64,000 nucleotides of DNA, taken from the NCBI GenBank assembly GCA_019244185.1, contig JAFATB010000026.1:64001-128000 (forward strand), written 5' to 3'. The notes beneath the pieces were generated by a model. It had not been told where the DNA came from. It did not search any database and saw nothing but the letters and a program-made list of their open reading frames with translations. The DNA is from Acidobacteriota bacterium (lineage in GTDB: Bacteria > Acidobacteriota > Thermoanaerobaculia > Gp7-AA8). Positions 19,347-28,543 of this stretch are shown here, piece after piece; position 1 is the first letter of the stretch; every line of letters begins with the position of its first letter. Both the position numbers and the translations under genes were made by a program.

Positions 19347-19875
19347 GGCGTCCAGCCAGCAATTCTACTCGCGATGTCCCTGATCCTTCGCCTCGACTCC
19401 GACTTCGTCTGACCGTTCTGTTACATCGCGGAGGGAAGCGTCGGGTCAGGCATGGGCGGGGGAAGCATCAAGAGACGATCCCAGGCCGGTTCGATCGGCG
19501 TGGCCGCGGCGAGAAGCGCGAGGCTTCGGTTCGGCCGGCACAAGAACTTGAACAAGGGCGTCAAGGTGGACGCCGCATCGCTGCCCGCTGTTCGACCTTC
19601 TGCTCTCGACCCGGCCGCGCAAGGCTGAGACCTACATCCACCCGAAGTCCGCGACCGGCTAACCGCACGTTGACATCCGCAGGCAGTGAAACGGTTAAGC
19701 GCCGTTGCAAAGGCGGAACTAGTTGATCCCGTCGCCGCCGGTTGTAACCAAAATCGCCCGAGCAGGCAGTCGCGCCGAATAACTATACCGTCGATTCCCA
19801 TTGACACCTCGCAAAATCACGCGGTCATTGAGTGTTCAAAACGAGTGCGTCACTTTGCGGCAATGTCTCGCAGCC

Positions 19876-19901
19876 AACAAAAAAGCCGCCAAGTGGCGGC
19901 T
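19876..19901 (-). terminator. Intrinsic terminator downstream of the outer tRNA-Asp 3' fragment
   Basis: GCCGCC/GGCGGC hairpin followed by a T-run on the minus strand. Confidence 0.65.
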
Positions 19902-19917
19902 GGTGAGCATTTTAATT

Positions 19918-19966
19918 TGGCGGCCCGACGGGGCTCGGACCCGCGACCTCCGGCGTGACAGGCCGG
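19918..19966 (-). repeat. Degenerate copy of the tRNA-Asp 3' end (att site of the outer element)
   Basis: tggcggcccgacggggctcggacccgcgacctccggcgtgacaggccgg matches 53168-53217 with one indel and two mismatches. Confidence 0.9.
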
Positions 19967-20062
19967 AGGGCTAATGGGTGCTTCGATGAAGTCGGTAGCG
20001 TCTTCTTAGACCCATGAGGCGTTTGGGTCAGCGGCCGCGTCAGTATCGGACGCGAGAGATCT

Positions 20063-21706
20063 CTACGAACCAGCATCGGTGGTAGGTAGCGGGGGCAGGC
20101 CGAGCTCGTTCAAGAACCGGTTGTGCTCGCGGGTTGCCCTGCGTAACTCGTCCTCGATCGCGACGAGTTCCGCGTGAGCCGCCGCAAGGTCGATCTCCGT
20201 TTCCCGTTCGGCGGTGCTGACATAACGGGAGATGTTGAGGTTGTAGTCGTTCTCGATGATCTCTTGCATCTCGACGCGCCGCGCGTAACGCTCGACCTCC
20301 GCCGGGCGTTCCTGGTACGTCTCGATGATCGTTCGTATGTGGGCGTCGGTCAGGTAGTTCTGCCGCTTGCCCTTCTCGAAATGATCCGCCGCGTTGATGA
20401 ACAGCACGTCATCGGACTTCTTGCAGCGCTTGAGCACGAGGATGCAGACCGGGATGCCTGTCGAGTAGAACAGGTTGGCCGGCAGCCCGATGACGGTGTC
20501 GATGTGGCCATCGTCGAGAAGTTTCTTGCGAATGTCGGCTTCCTTGCCACCGCGGAACAGCACGCCGTGGGGCAGGATGATCGCCATCACACCGTCGTCC
20601 TTGAGGTAGTGAAAGCCGTGGAGGAGGAACGCGAAGTCTGCGGCGGACTTGGGCGCCAGGCCGTGATTCTTGAATCGGACGTCCTCGCCCATGGCCTCGG
20701 CCGGTTCCCACCGGTAGCTGAAAGGGGGATTCGCCACCACCGCATCGAACTTGGGCATCTTTGCGGGATTGGTCTCGCGGAGCATGTCCCAGTCGTTGAG
20801 CAGGGTGTCGCCGTGATAGATCTCGAACTCCGTGTCCTTGACCCCGTGCAGCAACATGTTCATGCGCGCGAGGTTATAGGTGGTGATGTTCTTCTCCTGG
20901 CCGTAGATCTTGCCGATCCCATGCGCCCCCATGCGCTTCCGCACGTTGAGCAGCAAGGAGCCGGATCCGCATGCGAAGTCAAAGATGCTTTCGAGCCGAG
21001 CTTTTCTGCCGGTCGCCGGCTCATGGCTGTCGAGGGTGATGATCTCCGAAAGGATGTCCGAGATCCGCTGCGGTGTGTAGAACTCGCCCGCCTTCTTCCC
21101 CGACCCGGCGGCGAACTGGCCGATGAGGTACTCGTACGCATCGCCGAGCGTATCCGAGTCGGTGGAGAACATGGCCAGCCCTCGCGCGATCTCGCTGACG
21201 ATGGCGCACAGCTTGGCGTTCCGGGCCTCGTAGTTCCGCCCCAGCTTGTCCGAGGTGAGGTTGATTTCCGAGAACAAGCCTTGGAAGTTCGTCGAGAAGG
21301 ACTCTTCTTCGATGTGCTTGAAACCCCTATGCAGCGTATCGAGCAGTTTGTCGCTCTGCCTTCGAGCCAGGTCGGTGATGTTCCCCCAGAGGTAGGGGGG
21401 CTCGATGACGTAATGCACCTTGCGGCGCATCTGCTTCTCGAAGGCGGCGACGTCCTGCTTGTTCTCCTCGTACCAGATCTGAAGCGGCGTCGTTGCCCCG
21501 GTCCGCGCCATGACGTCGAGAGGGACATCGGGGTAGTCCTTTCCGAGCTCTCGCTTCGCAGCGGCCTCGTAGTTGTCGGACAGGTACCGCAAGAACAGGA
21601 ACGACAGCATGTAGTCGCGGAAATCGTCCGCGTTCATCGCTCCGCGCAACTGGTCGGCAATGTTCCAGAGAGTCTTTCCGAGTTGTTTCTGGTTTTGTTC
21701 GGTCAT
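20063..21706 (-). CDS. hsdM: Type I restriction-modification methyltransferase subunit M
   Basis: LW.IAD.LRG, LGDAYEYLIGQFAAGSGKKAGEFYTP, DFACGSGSLL, NPPF, LPHGVLFRG, YNLNISRYV. Confidence 0.97.
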   Translation of the reverse strand: MTEQNQKQLGKTLWNIADQLRGAMNADDFRDYMLSFLFLRYLSDNYEAAAKRELGKDYPDVPLDVMARTGATTPLQIWYEENKQDVAAFEKQMRRKVHYVIEPPYLWGNITDLARRQSDKLLDTLHRGFKHIEEESFSTNFQGLFSEINLTSDKLGRNYEARNAKLCAIVSEIARGLAMFSTDSDTLGDAYEYLIGQFAAGSGKKAGEFYTPQRISDILSEIITLDSHEPATGRKARLESIFDFACGSGSLLLNVRKRMGAHGIGKIYGQEKNITTYNLARMNMLLHGVKDTEFEIYHGDTLLNDWDMLRETNPAKMPKFDAVVANPPFSYRWEPAEAMGEDVRFKNHGLAPKSAADFAFLLHGFHYLKDDGVMAIILPHGVLFRGGKEADIRKKLLDDGHIDTVIGLPANLFYSTGIPVCILVLKRCKKSDDVLFINAADHFEKGKRQNYLTDAHIRTIIETYQERPAEVERYARRVEMQEIIENDYNLNISRYVSTAERETEIDLAAAHAELVAIEDELRRATREHNRFLNELGLPPLPTTDAGS

Positions 21707-21712
21707 CGAGTC

Positions 21713-22828
21713 CTACTTCGCGGCGGTCGCAGGCTCCGTCTTGACCTCAGCCGGGAACAATGCCTGGCTGAACGGATGGCGGCTGATGAACTGCCGCAAC
21801 ACGCGACCGAAATGCTCCTTGTTCTCCTGCATCATTTCCCGTGGCTCGTACAGGGAGTAGTCACCGTGGCTCATCAGATCGATCACCCGTTTGTAGACCG
21901 TGCCGTTCGCGTCGTCATCCTCGGGCCGGATGCACTGGTCCCATCGTTCGTACCCGAAGAAGCAGGCTGTCTGCTCCATGACGCGGCGCATCATGTTGAA
22001 GTGGTGCGTGTATAGCGCACCCGATTTCTGGGCTTCGTGCAACTCGACCAGGGAGGCCAGGTGATACAGGAACGGCGTGCTCTTCGTATCCCGCACGACG
22101 AAGGACCCTTTCGGGTCCTTCGCCAGAAAATACTTGCGCGCCTTCTTCGTCTCGTTGCACAGCACGTTGAAGAAGAGCACGTGGTGCGTTGATACGACCA
22201 TCCGCAACCGATCCGGTGATTTTTCGAGCATCTGCGCGAGATGGTGAGCGACCAGCACTGCGTTGTTGTCATCGAGCGACGAAACCGGGTCGTCAATGTA
22301 AATGTACCTGACCCACTTGTACGCCTCGGCGCCGTCCAGTACGAGCTGAACGATCGCCAGGAAGAAGCACCAGATGAAGATGTTTTCCTCGCCGCGTGAC
22401 ACTTTGATGTCGTCGATGGTGACGAGCCTTTCCCCGTTCTGGACGTTTCGGGAGAAGCTGACTTCCCACTCGTCCGTGTCGATGCGGAAGTCGAAATCGG
22501 CATACCGGTCGAGCAGGGGGCGGATCCGGTTATCCATCTCCAGTTCCCAGAGCCCGGCGAAGAAGCGTGAGTCCTTGTTGATCTTCAGCACCCGCTCCTG
22601 GTCGTTCTCCAGGTCGTTGTCCCAGGAGAACAGGTCTTCCGTGAAGGCATTGAAGTAGAGCGTGTCACCGAGGTCGCCGCTCTTGCCGAGGTTCTTGAAC
22701 TCGGTCGATAGCCGCGTCTTACCCGTGCCGTTGTAGGCATAGAGCAAGACGAATTTCTTTCCCTCGAGCTCCTCGCGCAGGTGCGTGGCCAAGGCCGCTA
22801 CATCGGCGAATGTGCCGGCCGTGCTCAT
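21713..22828 (-). CDS. prrC: PrrC-family anticodon nuclease (ABC-type NTPase plus HEPN)
   Basis: YAYNGTGKTRLS, YFNAFTEDLF.WDND PrrC box, SRGEE signature, YIDDPVSSLD, STHH, RRVME and R-x5-SH HEPN-like motifs; embedded in the hsd operon. Confidence 0.88.
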   Translation of the reverse strand: MSTAGTFADVAALATHLREELEGKKFVLLYAYNGTGKTRLSTEFKNLGKSGDLGDTLYFNAFTEDLFSWDNDLENDQERVLKINKDSRFFAGLWELEMDNRIRPLLDRYADFDFRIDTDEWEVSFSRNVQNGERLVTIDDIKVSRGEENIFIWCFFLAIVQLVLDGAEAYKWVRYIYIDDPVSSLDDNNAVLVAHHLAQMLEKSPDRLRMVVSTHHVLFFNVLCNETKKARKYFLAKDPKGSFVVRDTKSTPFLYHLASLVELHEAQKSGALYTHHFNMMRRVMEQTACFFGYERWDQCIRPEDDDANGTVYKRVIDLMSHGDYSLYEPREMMQENKEHFGRVLRQFISRHPFSQALFPAEVKTEPATAAK

Positions 22829-22831
22829 GCC

Positions 22832-24136
22832 TCAAGTCCTCTCCGGTGATGGGAAAAGTTGCTGCATGAGGCCTACCTTGTGGGTCTTGAGGGCGGTGAG
22901 AGCATCCACCTGCGCGGCAACAAGGTCATCGAGCGATGAGAGGCACCCGACGATTTTCTCTTGTTCGGAACGATCGTCGGGATAGCTAAACGGCAGGGCG
23001 CGGATGAGTCGCTGGCTGAGATTCTCTTGACCTCCGCTGTTGCTGAGCGCTCGAAGTTCCTCGTAGCGCGCCCCCAAGCTCAAAAACGTGAAGGTTGGGT
23101 CGATCGGTCCCAACGGCAGCACGGCGGCGCACGCTTGGTTCGTCGTTGCTTCTATCTCGAGAATTGCCACTTTACCGCGAGTCTTGCCTTGGCCGTACAG
23201 TGCGATCAGTACCGTCCCGGCAGGGAAGAGCTTCGCGGAGGAATTCTCTAGGCCCTGTTCCGTGATGAACTCCTCTGCCGTCCGGATGACGTTCCCGTCG
23301 ACAAGAGAGGTGGTAATCCACGGGATCCCGCCGCCCCAATATTCCTTGATCGCCCGGTCGGGTGTGCCTCCCGTTCCTGTCTCGAAGAGATCGCCCAACG
23401 GCTTCCTGGACCATTCCGGCTTGTCACGGAACTCGGGGAAGCGAAGGCTCGGTAGAGTTTCGCCTGCGCGGGGGAAGAGCTGTTGCATCAGCCCTTTCTT
23501 GTGAGCCTGCAAGATCTCCAGCTTTCGGCCGTGAGCGGCGATCACCTCGTCCAGCGACGTTAGGCAGTTGGCGATCTTCTGCTGCTCAGCTAAAGAGGAC
23601 TTGCCCCTGGGAAGCGGCACCGGCAAGGCGAGGAGATCGTAGTCACGAACGTTTAAAGACCCATGAGCGCGAGCGCCGACGGTGAGAAAAGTTTTGAGCC
23701 ACCTGCCGTGCAGGTTGCTAGCAAACAGGTAGTCGAGATATGTCGGGTCGACCTCCGACTCGTTCACTCGGAAGCAGGTAAAGATGCTGTTCGGAACGGC
23801 GCCCGGATCGTCGTCGTGTAGATACCGTGCAATGTAGCCTTGCGGGAACGCTTTCGTGGCGCTCTTGTTGTAGGCAAAATCGTTCTTCTTCAACCGCAGG
23901 TAGTTCTTGAACGAGTTACCCGCGATTGTGCGGCCGAACTTCTCCTGCTGACTGACCAGACCAACGCCCGAGGTAACCGTGTAAGGTGTGCATTTGGCTG
24001 CTCCGACGCGGTCCTTGACCAACATGGCGTAAGCGCGCAGTGGCGCTTTGGTCCATCCGGGCTCCTCACGAAACTCCGGAAACCGCAACTTCGGCAACAA
24101 GGTCTGTTTACTGTCGCCCTTCATCGCCTCGCTCAT
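22832..24136 (-). CDS. hsdS: Type I restriction-modification specificity subunit S
   Basis: Two P.LRFPEF...W repeats, EQ.KI...L.SLD, KKGLMQQLFP. Confidence 0.95.
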   Translation of the reverse strand: MSEAMKGDSKQTLLPKLRFPEFREEPGWTKAPLRAYAMLVKDRVGAAKCTPYTVTSGVGLVSQQEKFGRTIAGNSFKNYLRLKKNDFAYNKSATKAFPQGYIARYLHDDDPGAVPNSIFTCFRVNESEVDPTYLDYLFASNLHGRWLKTFLTVGARAHGSLNVRDYDLLALPVPLPRGKSSLAEQQKIANCLTSLDEVIAAHGRKLEILQAHKKGLMQQLFPRAGETLPSLRFPEFRDKPEWSRKPLGDLFETGTGGTPDRAIKEYWGGGIPWITTSLVDGNVIRTAEEFITEQGLENSSAKLFPAGTVLIALYGQGKTRGKVAILEIEATTNQACAAVLPLGPIDPTFTFLSLGARYEELRALSNSGGQENLSQRLIRALPFSYPDDRSEQEKIVGCLSSLDDLVAAQVDALTALKTHKVGLMQQLFPSPERT

Positions 24137-27100
24137 CCTTCGTACGCGCTCAGCCCCGAGATCTCCCGTCCGCCTGCCCGTTTCTTCAGCAGAGGCACGA
24201 GATCTTCCATGAGGGCCAGTTCCTTCTCCGTGCGGGCGCGCCAGCCGAGGTCGAGAGGGGCGAGCAGGGTCGTGAGTCCTTCACCATCGAAGATCATCCG
24301 GCCGACGATGGTCTCGACGAACGACTGCAGCGACTCGGCGGTCAGCGTGTGCTTGTCGGCGATGGCGGCGATTTCCCTGGCGTCGCGCTCGGCCTTGAAC
24401 GCAGCGTAGTCGGCTCGCACGGCGCCCTCGTTCATCGGCCGCCCGGCCTCCAGCGTTCTGACGTACTGCGTGATCGCCTCCCGCTCGTCCATGAATTTCG
24501 CATCCGACTCGATCAGCCCGATGAGCGCTTCCCTGCTGATCCTGAGCTTCTGCTTCGGGTCCTGTCCGGTGAAGCGGGCGATCAGGTTCATGATGTAGTC
24601 GTAGTCGATCAGAGCGGAGGCGAAGAGGACGAACTCGAAATCGAGCTGATCGAGGTCGGGACTCGACTTCTCTCCGTCGCCGGCGCGTTTGGCCTGCTGT
24701 TCGCGCAGCCGTTGGGCGGTTTCGAGGTAGGCTCCGCGCAAGCCCCGGAGTTGCTCGCGCGGCAGGATCCGCTGGATGGTCCCCTTCTCGCTCTCGGTGA
24801 GGTCGGTGTACTGGTCGAGTTGGGTCTGGAGCTTCTGCACTTCCTTGAACTGCTTGACGAACACCATGCGGGCGTCATCGCCCCTGAGGTTCGGGACGTC
24901 TTCGGGCCTGATTTGCAGCCCTTGCGACTTCATGAAGGCGTCGAGGCGTCGGACGGCGGCCTCGAGCTTCTCAATCACCATAGGGGCCTTGTCCACGAGC
25001 CAGATTTCGCGGGCGCGGTCGGCCCTGGCGCCGGAGAAGAGGGCGATGGCTTCGTCGACCGCGGCCTGCTGGCCACGAAAGTCGAGGATGTGGCCGAACG
25101 GCTTGCTCGCGTTCAGCACGCGGTTGGTGCGGCTGAACGCTTGGACCAGGCCGTGGTGTTTAAGGTTTTTGTCGACGTAGAGCGTGTTGAGATACTTCGA
25201 GTCGAATCCCGTCAGGAGCATGTCGACGACGATCGTGAGATCGATCTTCTCGCGGCCCTTTTTGGGCAGGTCGGCGTTGGGAAACTGATGGTCCTTAATC
25301 CGCTTCTGCACGTCCTGGTAATAGAGGTCGAACTCCCCGATCGCGTGGTTGGTGCCGTACCGCGCGTTGTAGTCGGCAATGATCGCTTCCAGCGCCTCTT
25401 TCTTCTCTTCCGGATGCTGCTGGTTGTCGGCCCTCTCCTGAGGCAGATCTTCCTGGATCTGACGCACGTCAGCGCTGACGTCACCCGGTGGCGAGAAGAC
25501 CGCGGCCACCTTGAGCGGGACGAACCGGGGGTGCGCCGCCTGACGCTCCGCCTGCATCCTCTTGAACCCCTCGTAGTACTCGATCGCGTCGTCGATCGAC
25601 GCGGTGGCGAGGAGCGCGTTGAACTTCCGGTCGGCGGTCGCGGCGTCGTGCTTGTCCAAGATGGTGTCGATGACCGCCCGCATCGCGATCGTCTCGCCGG
25701 GTTTAACGGGCGTGCCATCGGGAAGCTTGTAGTACTCGACGTTGAACCGTAGGACGTTCCCGTCGTCGATAGCGTGGGTGATGGTGTACTCGTGAAGTGA
25801 GCGCTGGAAGAGATCCTCGGTGGTTCGGAGCGTTTGCTCTTCGCCGGCGACTTGGCGGACGGTGGCGTTCTCTTCGAAGATGGGCGTGCCGGTGAAGCCG
25901 AAGAGCTGGGCCTGGGGGAAGAAGGACTTGATGGCCTTGTGATTGTCGCCGAACTGCGAGCGATGGCACTCGTCGAAAATGAAGACCATCCGCTTGTCGC
26001 GCAACGGCTCGAGCATCTCGGCGTAGGTCTTTCTGCCGTCGATCTTGCGCTGGACGTTTCGGCGGCTGCCCTCATCGAGTGCCAGGCCGAGCTTCTGAAT
26101 CGTGGTGACGATGACCTTGTCGGCATAGTCGTCCGAGAGCAGCCGGCGGACCAACGCGCCAGTGTTAGTGTTCTCTTCGACGCAGCCCTCCTGAAACCGG
26201 TTGAACTCCTCACGGGTCTGGCGGTCGAGGTCCTTTCGGTCCACGACGAACAGACATTTCTCGATTCCCGGGTTGTCCTTCAGAAGCGTTGAAGCCTTGA
26301 AGCTGGTGAGGGTCTTGCCGCTGCCCGTCGTATGCCAGACATAGCCGTTGCCATCGTTCTGCTCGATACACTGGACGATGTGCTTGACTGCGTAAATCTG
26401 ATACGGGCGCATGATCAGCAGCTTCTGCTCGCTGGCGACGAGGACCATGTAACGGCTGATCATCTGGCCGAGCGTACATTTCGCCAAAAACCTCTCGGCG
26501 AAGCCGTCGAGGTGCGTGATCTTGGTGTTGTCTTCGGCCGCATGCTGGTAGACGGGGAGGAACCGCTCGTCGGCGTTGAAGCTGAAATGGCGTATGTTGT
26601 TGTTGGCGAAGTACCAGGTGCTATCGCGGTTGCTGACGACGAAGAGCTGGACGAAGCAGAGCAGCGTTCGCGTGTAGCCGCTTCCGGGGTCGTTCTTGTA
26701 GTCGACGATCTGCTCCATTGCCCGGCGGGGGTTGATGCCGAGCGTCTTAAGCTCGATCTGGACGGCGGGCACACCGTTGATGAGCAGAATCGCGTCGTAC
26801 CGGTGGTGGCTATTGTCGGTGTTGACGCGGAGTTGGTTGACGACTTCGAAGCTGTTCTTGCACCAGTCCCTGATGTTGACCAGCGTGTAGTTCAGGGGTG
26901 TACCGTCATCGCGGGTGAAGCTGTTCATCACGCGAAGCGTCTTGGCGGCGGTGAAGACGTCAGGGGTCGTGATCTCGTCGAGCAGGCGATGGAACTCGCC
27001 GTCAGTGAGCGTGACGCGGTTGAGAGCCTGAAACTTCTCGCGGAAGTTCTTCTCCAGCGCAGCACGGTCGCGGATGTCTTCGCGGTGTTCGTACTTGAGT

Positions 27101-27153
27101 TCGCGGAGCTTGTCGATCAGATGCCGTTCAAGTTCGGTTTCGGATGAAGTCAT
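24133..27153 (-). CDS. hsdR: Type I restriction endonuclease subunit R
   Basis: RYD...LINGVP.VQIELK, WHTTGSGKT, DECHRSQ, GFTGTP, IVVDMLLTGFD, QAFSRTNR. Confidence 0.97.
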   Translation of the reverse strand: MTSSETELERHLIDKLRELKYEHREDIRDRAALEKNFREKFQALNRVTLTDGEFHRLLDEITTPDVFTAAKTLRVMNSFTRDDGTPLNYTLVNIRDWCKNSFEVVNQLRVNTDNSHHRYDAILLINGVPAVQIELKTLGINPRRAMEQIVDYKNDPGSGYTRTLLCFVQLFVVSNRDSTWYFANNNIRHFSFNADERFLPVYQHAAEDNTKITHLDGFAERFLAKCTLGQMISRYMVLVASEQKLLIMRPYQIYAVKHIVQCIEQNDGNGYVWHTTGSGKTLTSFKASTLLKDNPGIEKCLFVVDRKDLDRQTREEFNRFQEGCVEENTNTGALVRRLLSDDYADKVIVTTIQKLGLALDEGSRRNVQRKIDGRKTYAEMLEPLRDKRMVFIFDECHRSQFGDNHKAIKSFFPQAQLFGFTGTPIFEENATVRQVAGEEQTLRTTEDLFQRSLHEYTITHAIDDGNVLRFNVEYYKLPDGTPVKPGETIAMRAVIDTILDKHDAATADRKFNALLATASIDDAIEYYEGFKRMQAERQAAHPRFVPLKVAAVFSPPGDVSADVRQIQEDLPQERADNQQHPEEKKEALEAIIADYNARYGTNHAIGEFDLYYQDVQKRIKDHQFPNADLPKKGREKIDLTIVVDMLLTGFDSKYLNTLYVDKNLKHHGLVQAFSRTNRVLNASKPFGHILDFRGQQAAVDEAIALFSGARADRAREIWLVDKAPMVIEKLEAAVRRLDAFMKSQGLQIRPEDVPNLRGDDARMVFVKQFKEVQKLQTQLDQYTDLTESEKGTIQRILPREQLRGLRGAYLETAQRLREQQAKRAGDGEKSSPDLDQLDFEFVLFASALIDYDYIMNLIARFTGQDPKQKLRISREALIGLIESDAKFMDEREAITQYVRTLEAGRPMNEGAVRADYAAFKAERDAREIAAIADKHTLTAESLQSFVETIVGRMIFDGEGLTTLLAPLDLGWRARTEKELALMEDLVPLLKKRAGGREISGLSAYEG

Positions 27154-27383
27154 GGAGGATCTTCCGAGCGTCTGCCTGGTTCATCCGCGCTCCGAGTTTA
27201 ACTAGGTCGCCGATGGCCGCCATAGTGTAACGAACCGCGCCTTGCGCCAGCGGTTGGTTAGGTCGACCGGTCGCGTGGAACATCCCTATTTTGCGCGTGA
27301 TGTGCCTGAGATAGAAGCCTCTGAAGACTGGCACCTTGTGCGGAATTATGTGCGGATCGATTGGACCAGATAGATTCGACGGC

Positions 27384-27409
27384 AACAAAAAAGCCGCCGA
27401 AATGGCGGC
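27384..27409 (-). terminator. Intrinsic terminator downstream of the inner tRNA-Asp 3' fragment
   Basis: GCCGCC/GGCGGC hairpin plus T-run, nearly identical to 19876-19901. Confidence 0.65.
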
Positions 27410-27424
27410 GAATGAAGCACTTAA

Positions 27425-27474
27425 TTTGGCGGGGCCGACGGGGCTCGAACCCGCGACCTCCGGCGTGACAGGCC
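27425..27474 (-). repeat. Exact 50-bp copy of the tRNA-Asp 3' end (att site of the inner element)
   Basis: Identical to 53166-53215. Confidence 0.95.
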
Positions 27475-27560
27475 CGTGGTCGCGGGTATTTAGAGAGGGA
27501 GCGTTCTACACGGGGTGGGATAACTCGCTGATTCCGAGGGGGTTAGCGATTCCAAATCCC

Positions 27561-27603
27561 GACCTTGCGAGTCACCTTGCGAGTTTAGTGCGACTCGCAA
27601 GGT
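27561..27603. repeat. Putative integrase arm-binding sites (ACCTTGCGAGT twice direct, once inverted)
   Basis: gACCTTGCGAGT cACCTTGCGAGT at 27561-27584 and ACTCGCAAGGT at 27593-27603; the same tandem recurs at 53073-53096. Confidence 0.7.
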
Positions 27604-27695
27604 GCCCACGTTTTTGTGCGTGGAACACATACGTAAATCCGTGGAACATTCGGTTATTTCGCTGCGTCGCCGCGTTGCGCCGATCCTCTCTCGCG

Positions 27696-27947
27696 TCACT
27701 TTTCGAGCAGCGAGCGCAGATCGGCGTTGGTGAACGGCGAGAGCAGGTCGGTGGGTTTGCAGCCGATCGCGGCGGCCAGCTTCAGCAGCGTTACGAGGCT
27801 CGGCATTCGCTCCCCGTGCTCCAACTCGCTGATGTGATTCTGCGCCAGCCCCGAACGCTCCGACACTTGGACCTGCGTCAACTTGTGCTTGCGCCGGACT
27901 TCGCGCAGCCGCTCGCCGAACATCTCGCCGACGTTCAACCGCGGCAC
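27696..27947 (-). CDS. XRE-family HTH transcriptional regulator
   Basis: FGERLREVR...LTQ.QVSERSGL.QNHISELE.GER.PSL.TL.KLA. Confidence 0.9.
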   Translation of the reverse strand: MPRLNVGEMFGERLREVRRKHKLTQVQVSERSGLAQNHISELEHGERMPSLVTLLKLAAAIGCKPTDLLSPFTNADLRSLLEK

Positions 27948-28022
27948 AAAACCTCGCTGTCCGAGTTGACTCTTAAGAGTTCCGAATATAGAATATGTGG
28001 GATATTCGAGAGAGACTGAGTC

Positions 28023-28508
28023 ATGCTCGCAAGCGCCCTCGTCGAGTCCATCCGAGCCATCTTCCTACATCGGGAACCCTACGTCACGAAGAAGGAAGCG
28101 GCTGCGCTGCTCCGCTGCTCCGTCGCTCAAATCAAAGTGGCGATCGCGGCGGGCGATGTCGAGACTTACGAGACGTGCCGCGGCGAGCGCCTGCCGTTGC
28201 ATGAAGTCGCGACGCTCGCTCGCTCACGCTGGCAAATCGCCGCAATCGAAGATGCGCTAGGCGCGGATGCGTCGGCGATTCTTCCGCCGGTTCTGTGGAC
28301 GCGCCCGGTCAGCGTGCGGCTTTCGCGCTATCAGGTCCAGATGCTCGACTACTTCGCGGCGAAGGAAGGCGTGTCGGTCGACGCGATCGCCGCACGTGCG
28401 TTCGACGATTTCATCGCCTCGAACGCTGACGAACTCGCCGACGTGATCGACGACTACCGCGTCGCGATCGACTGGCCCGAAGCGCACGACGTCACGCCGA
28501 GCGCGTGA
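28023..28508 (+). CDS. Excisionase-like HTH protein with possible C-terminal ribbon-helix-helix
   Basis: VT..EAA.LL.CS...I..AI..G; C-terminal VSVRLS.YQ..ML...A.KEG.S. Confidence 0.6.
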   Translation: MLASALVESIRAIFLHREPYVTKKEAAALLRCSVAQIKVAIAAGDVETYETCRGERLPLHEVATLARSRWQIAAIEDALGADASAILPPVLWTRPVSVRLSRYQVQMLDYFAAKEGVSVDAIAARAFDDFIASNADELADVIDDYRVAIDWPEAHDVTPSA

Positions 28509-28543
28509 ACGGATCCACGCATCCACCGCAAGGAGGGAAGACC

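Larger units (their letters stand above)
19918..27474. mobile_element. Integrase-less genomic islet (type I R-M plus PrrC) between two tRNA-Asp 3' repeats
   Basis: Bounded by att-like repeats; contains only hsdR-hsdS-prrC-hsdM. Confidence 0.75.

Noticed and set aside
5680-26292. Long antisense ORFs such as 5680-7653, 12192-14963, 20174-22015 and 24040-25752
   Set aside because: They are shadows of well-supported genes on the opposite strand, as expected in high-GC DNA.
19918-27474. Additional tRNA-Asp genes at 19918 and 27427
   Set aside because: Only the 3' 48-50 nt are present; the D-arm and 5' acceptor strand are missing, so these are att scars.
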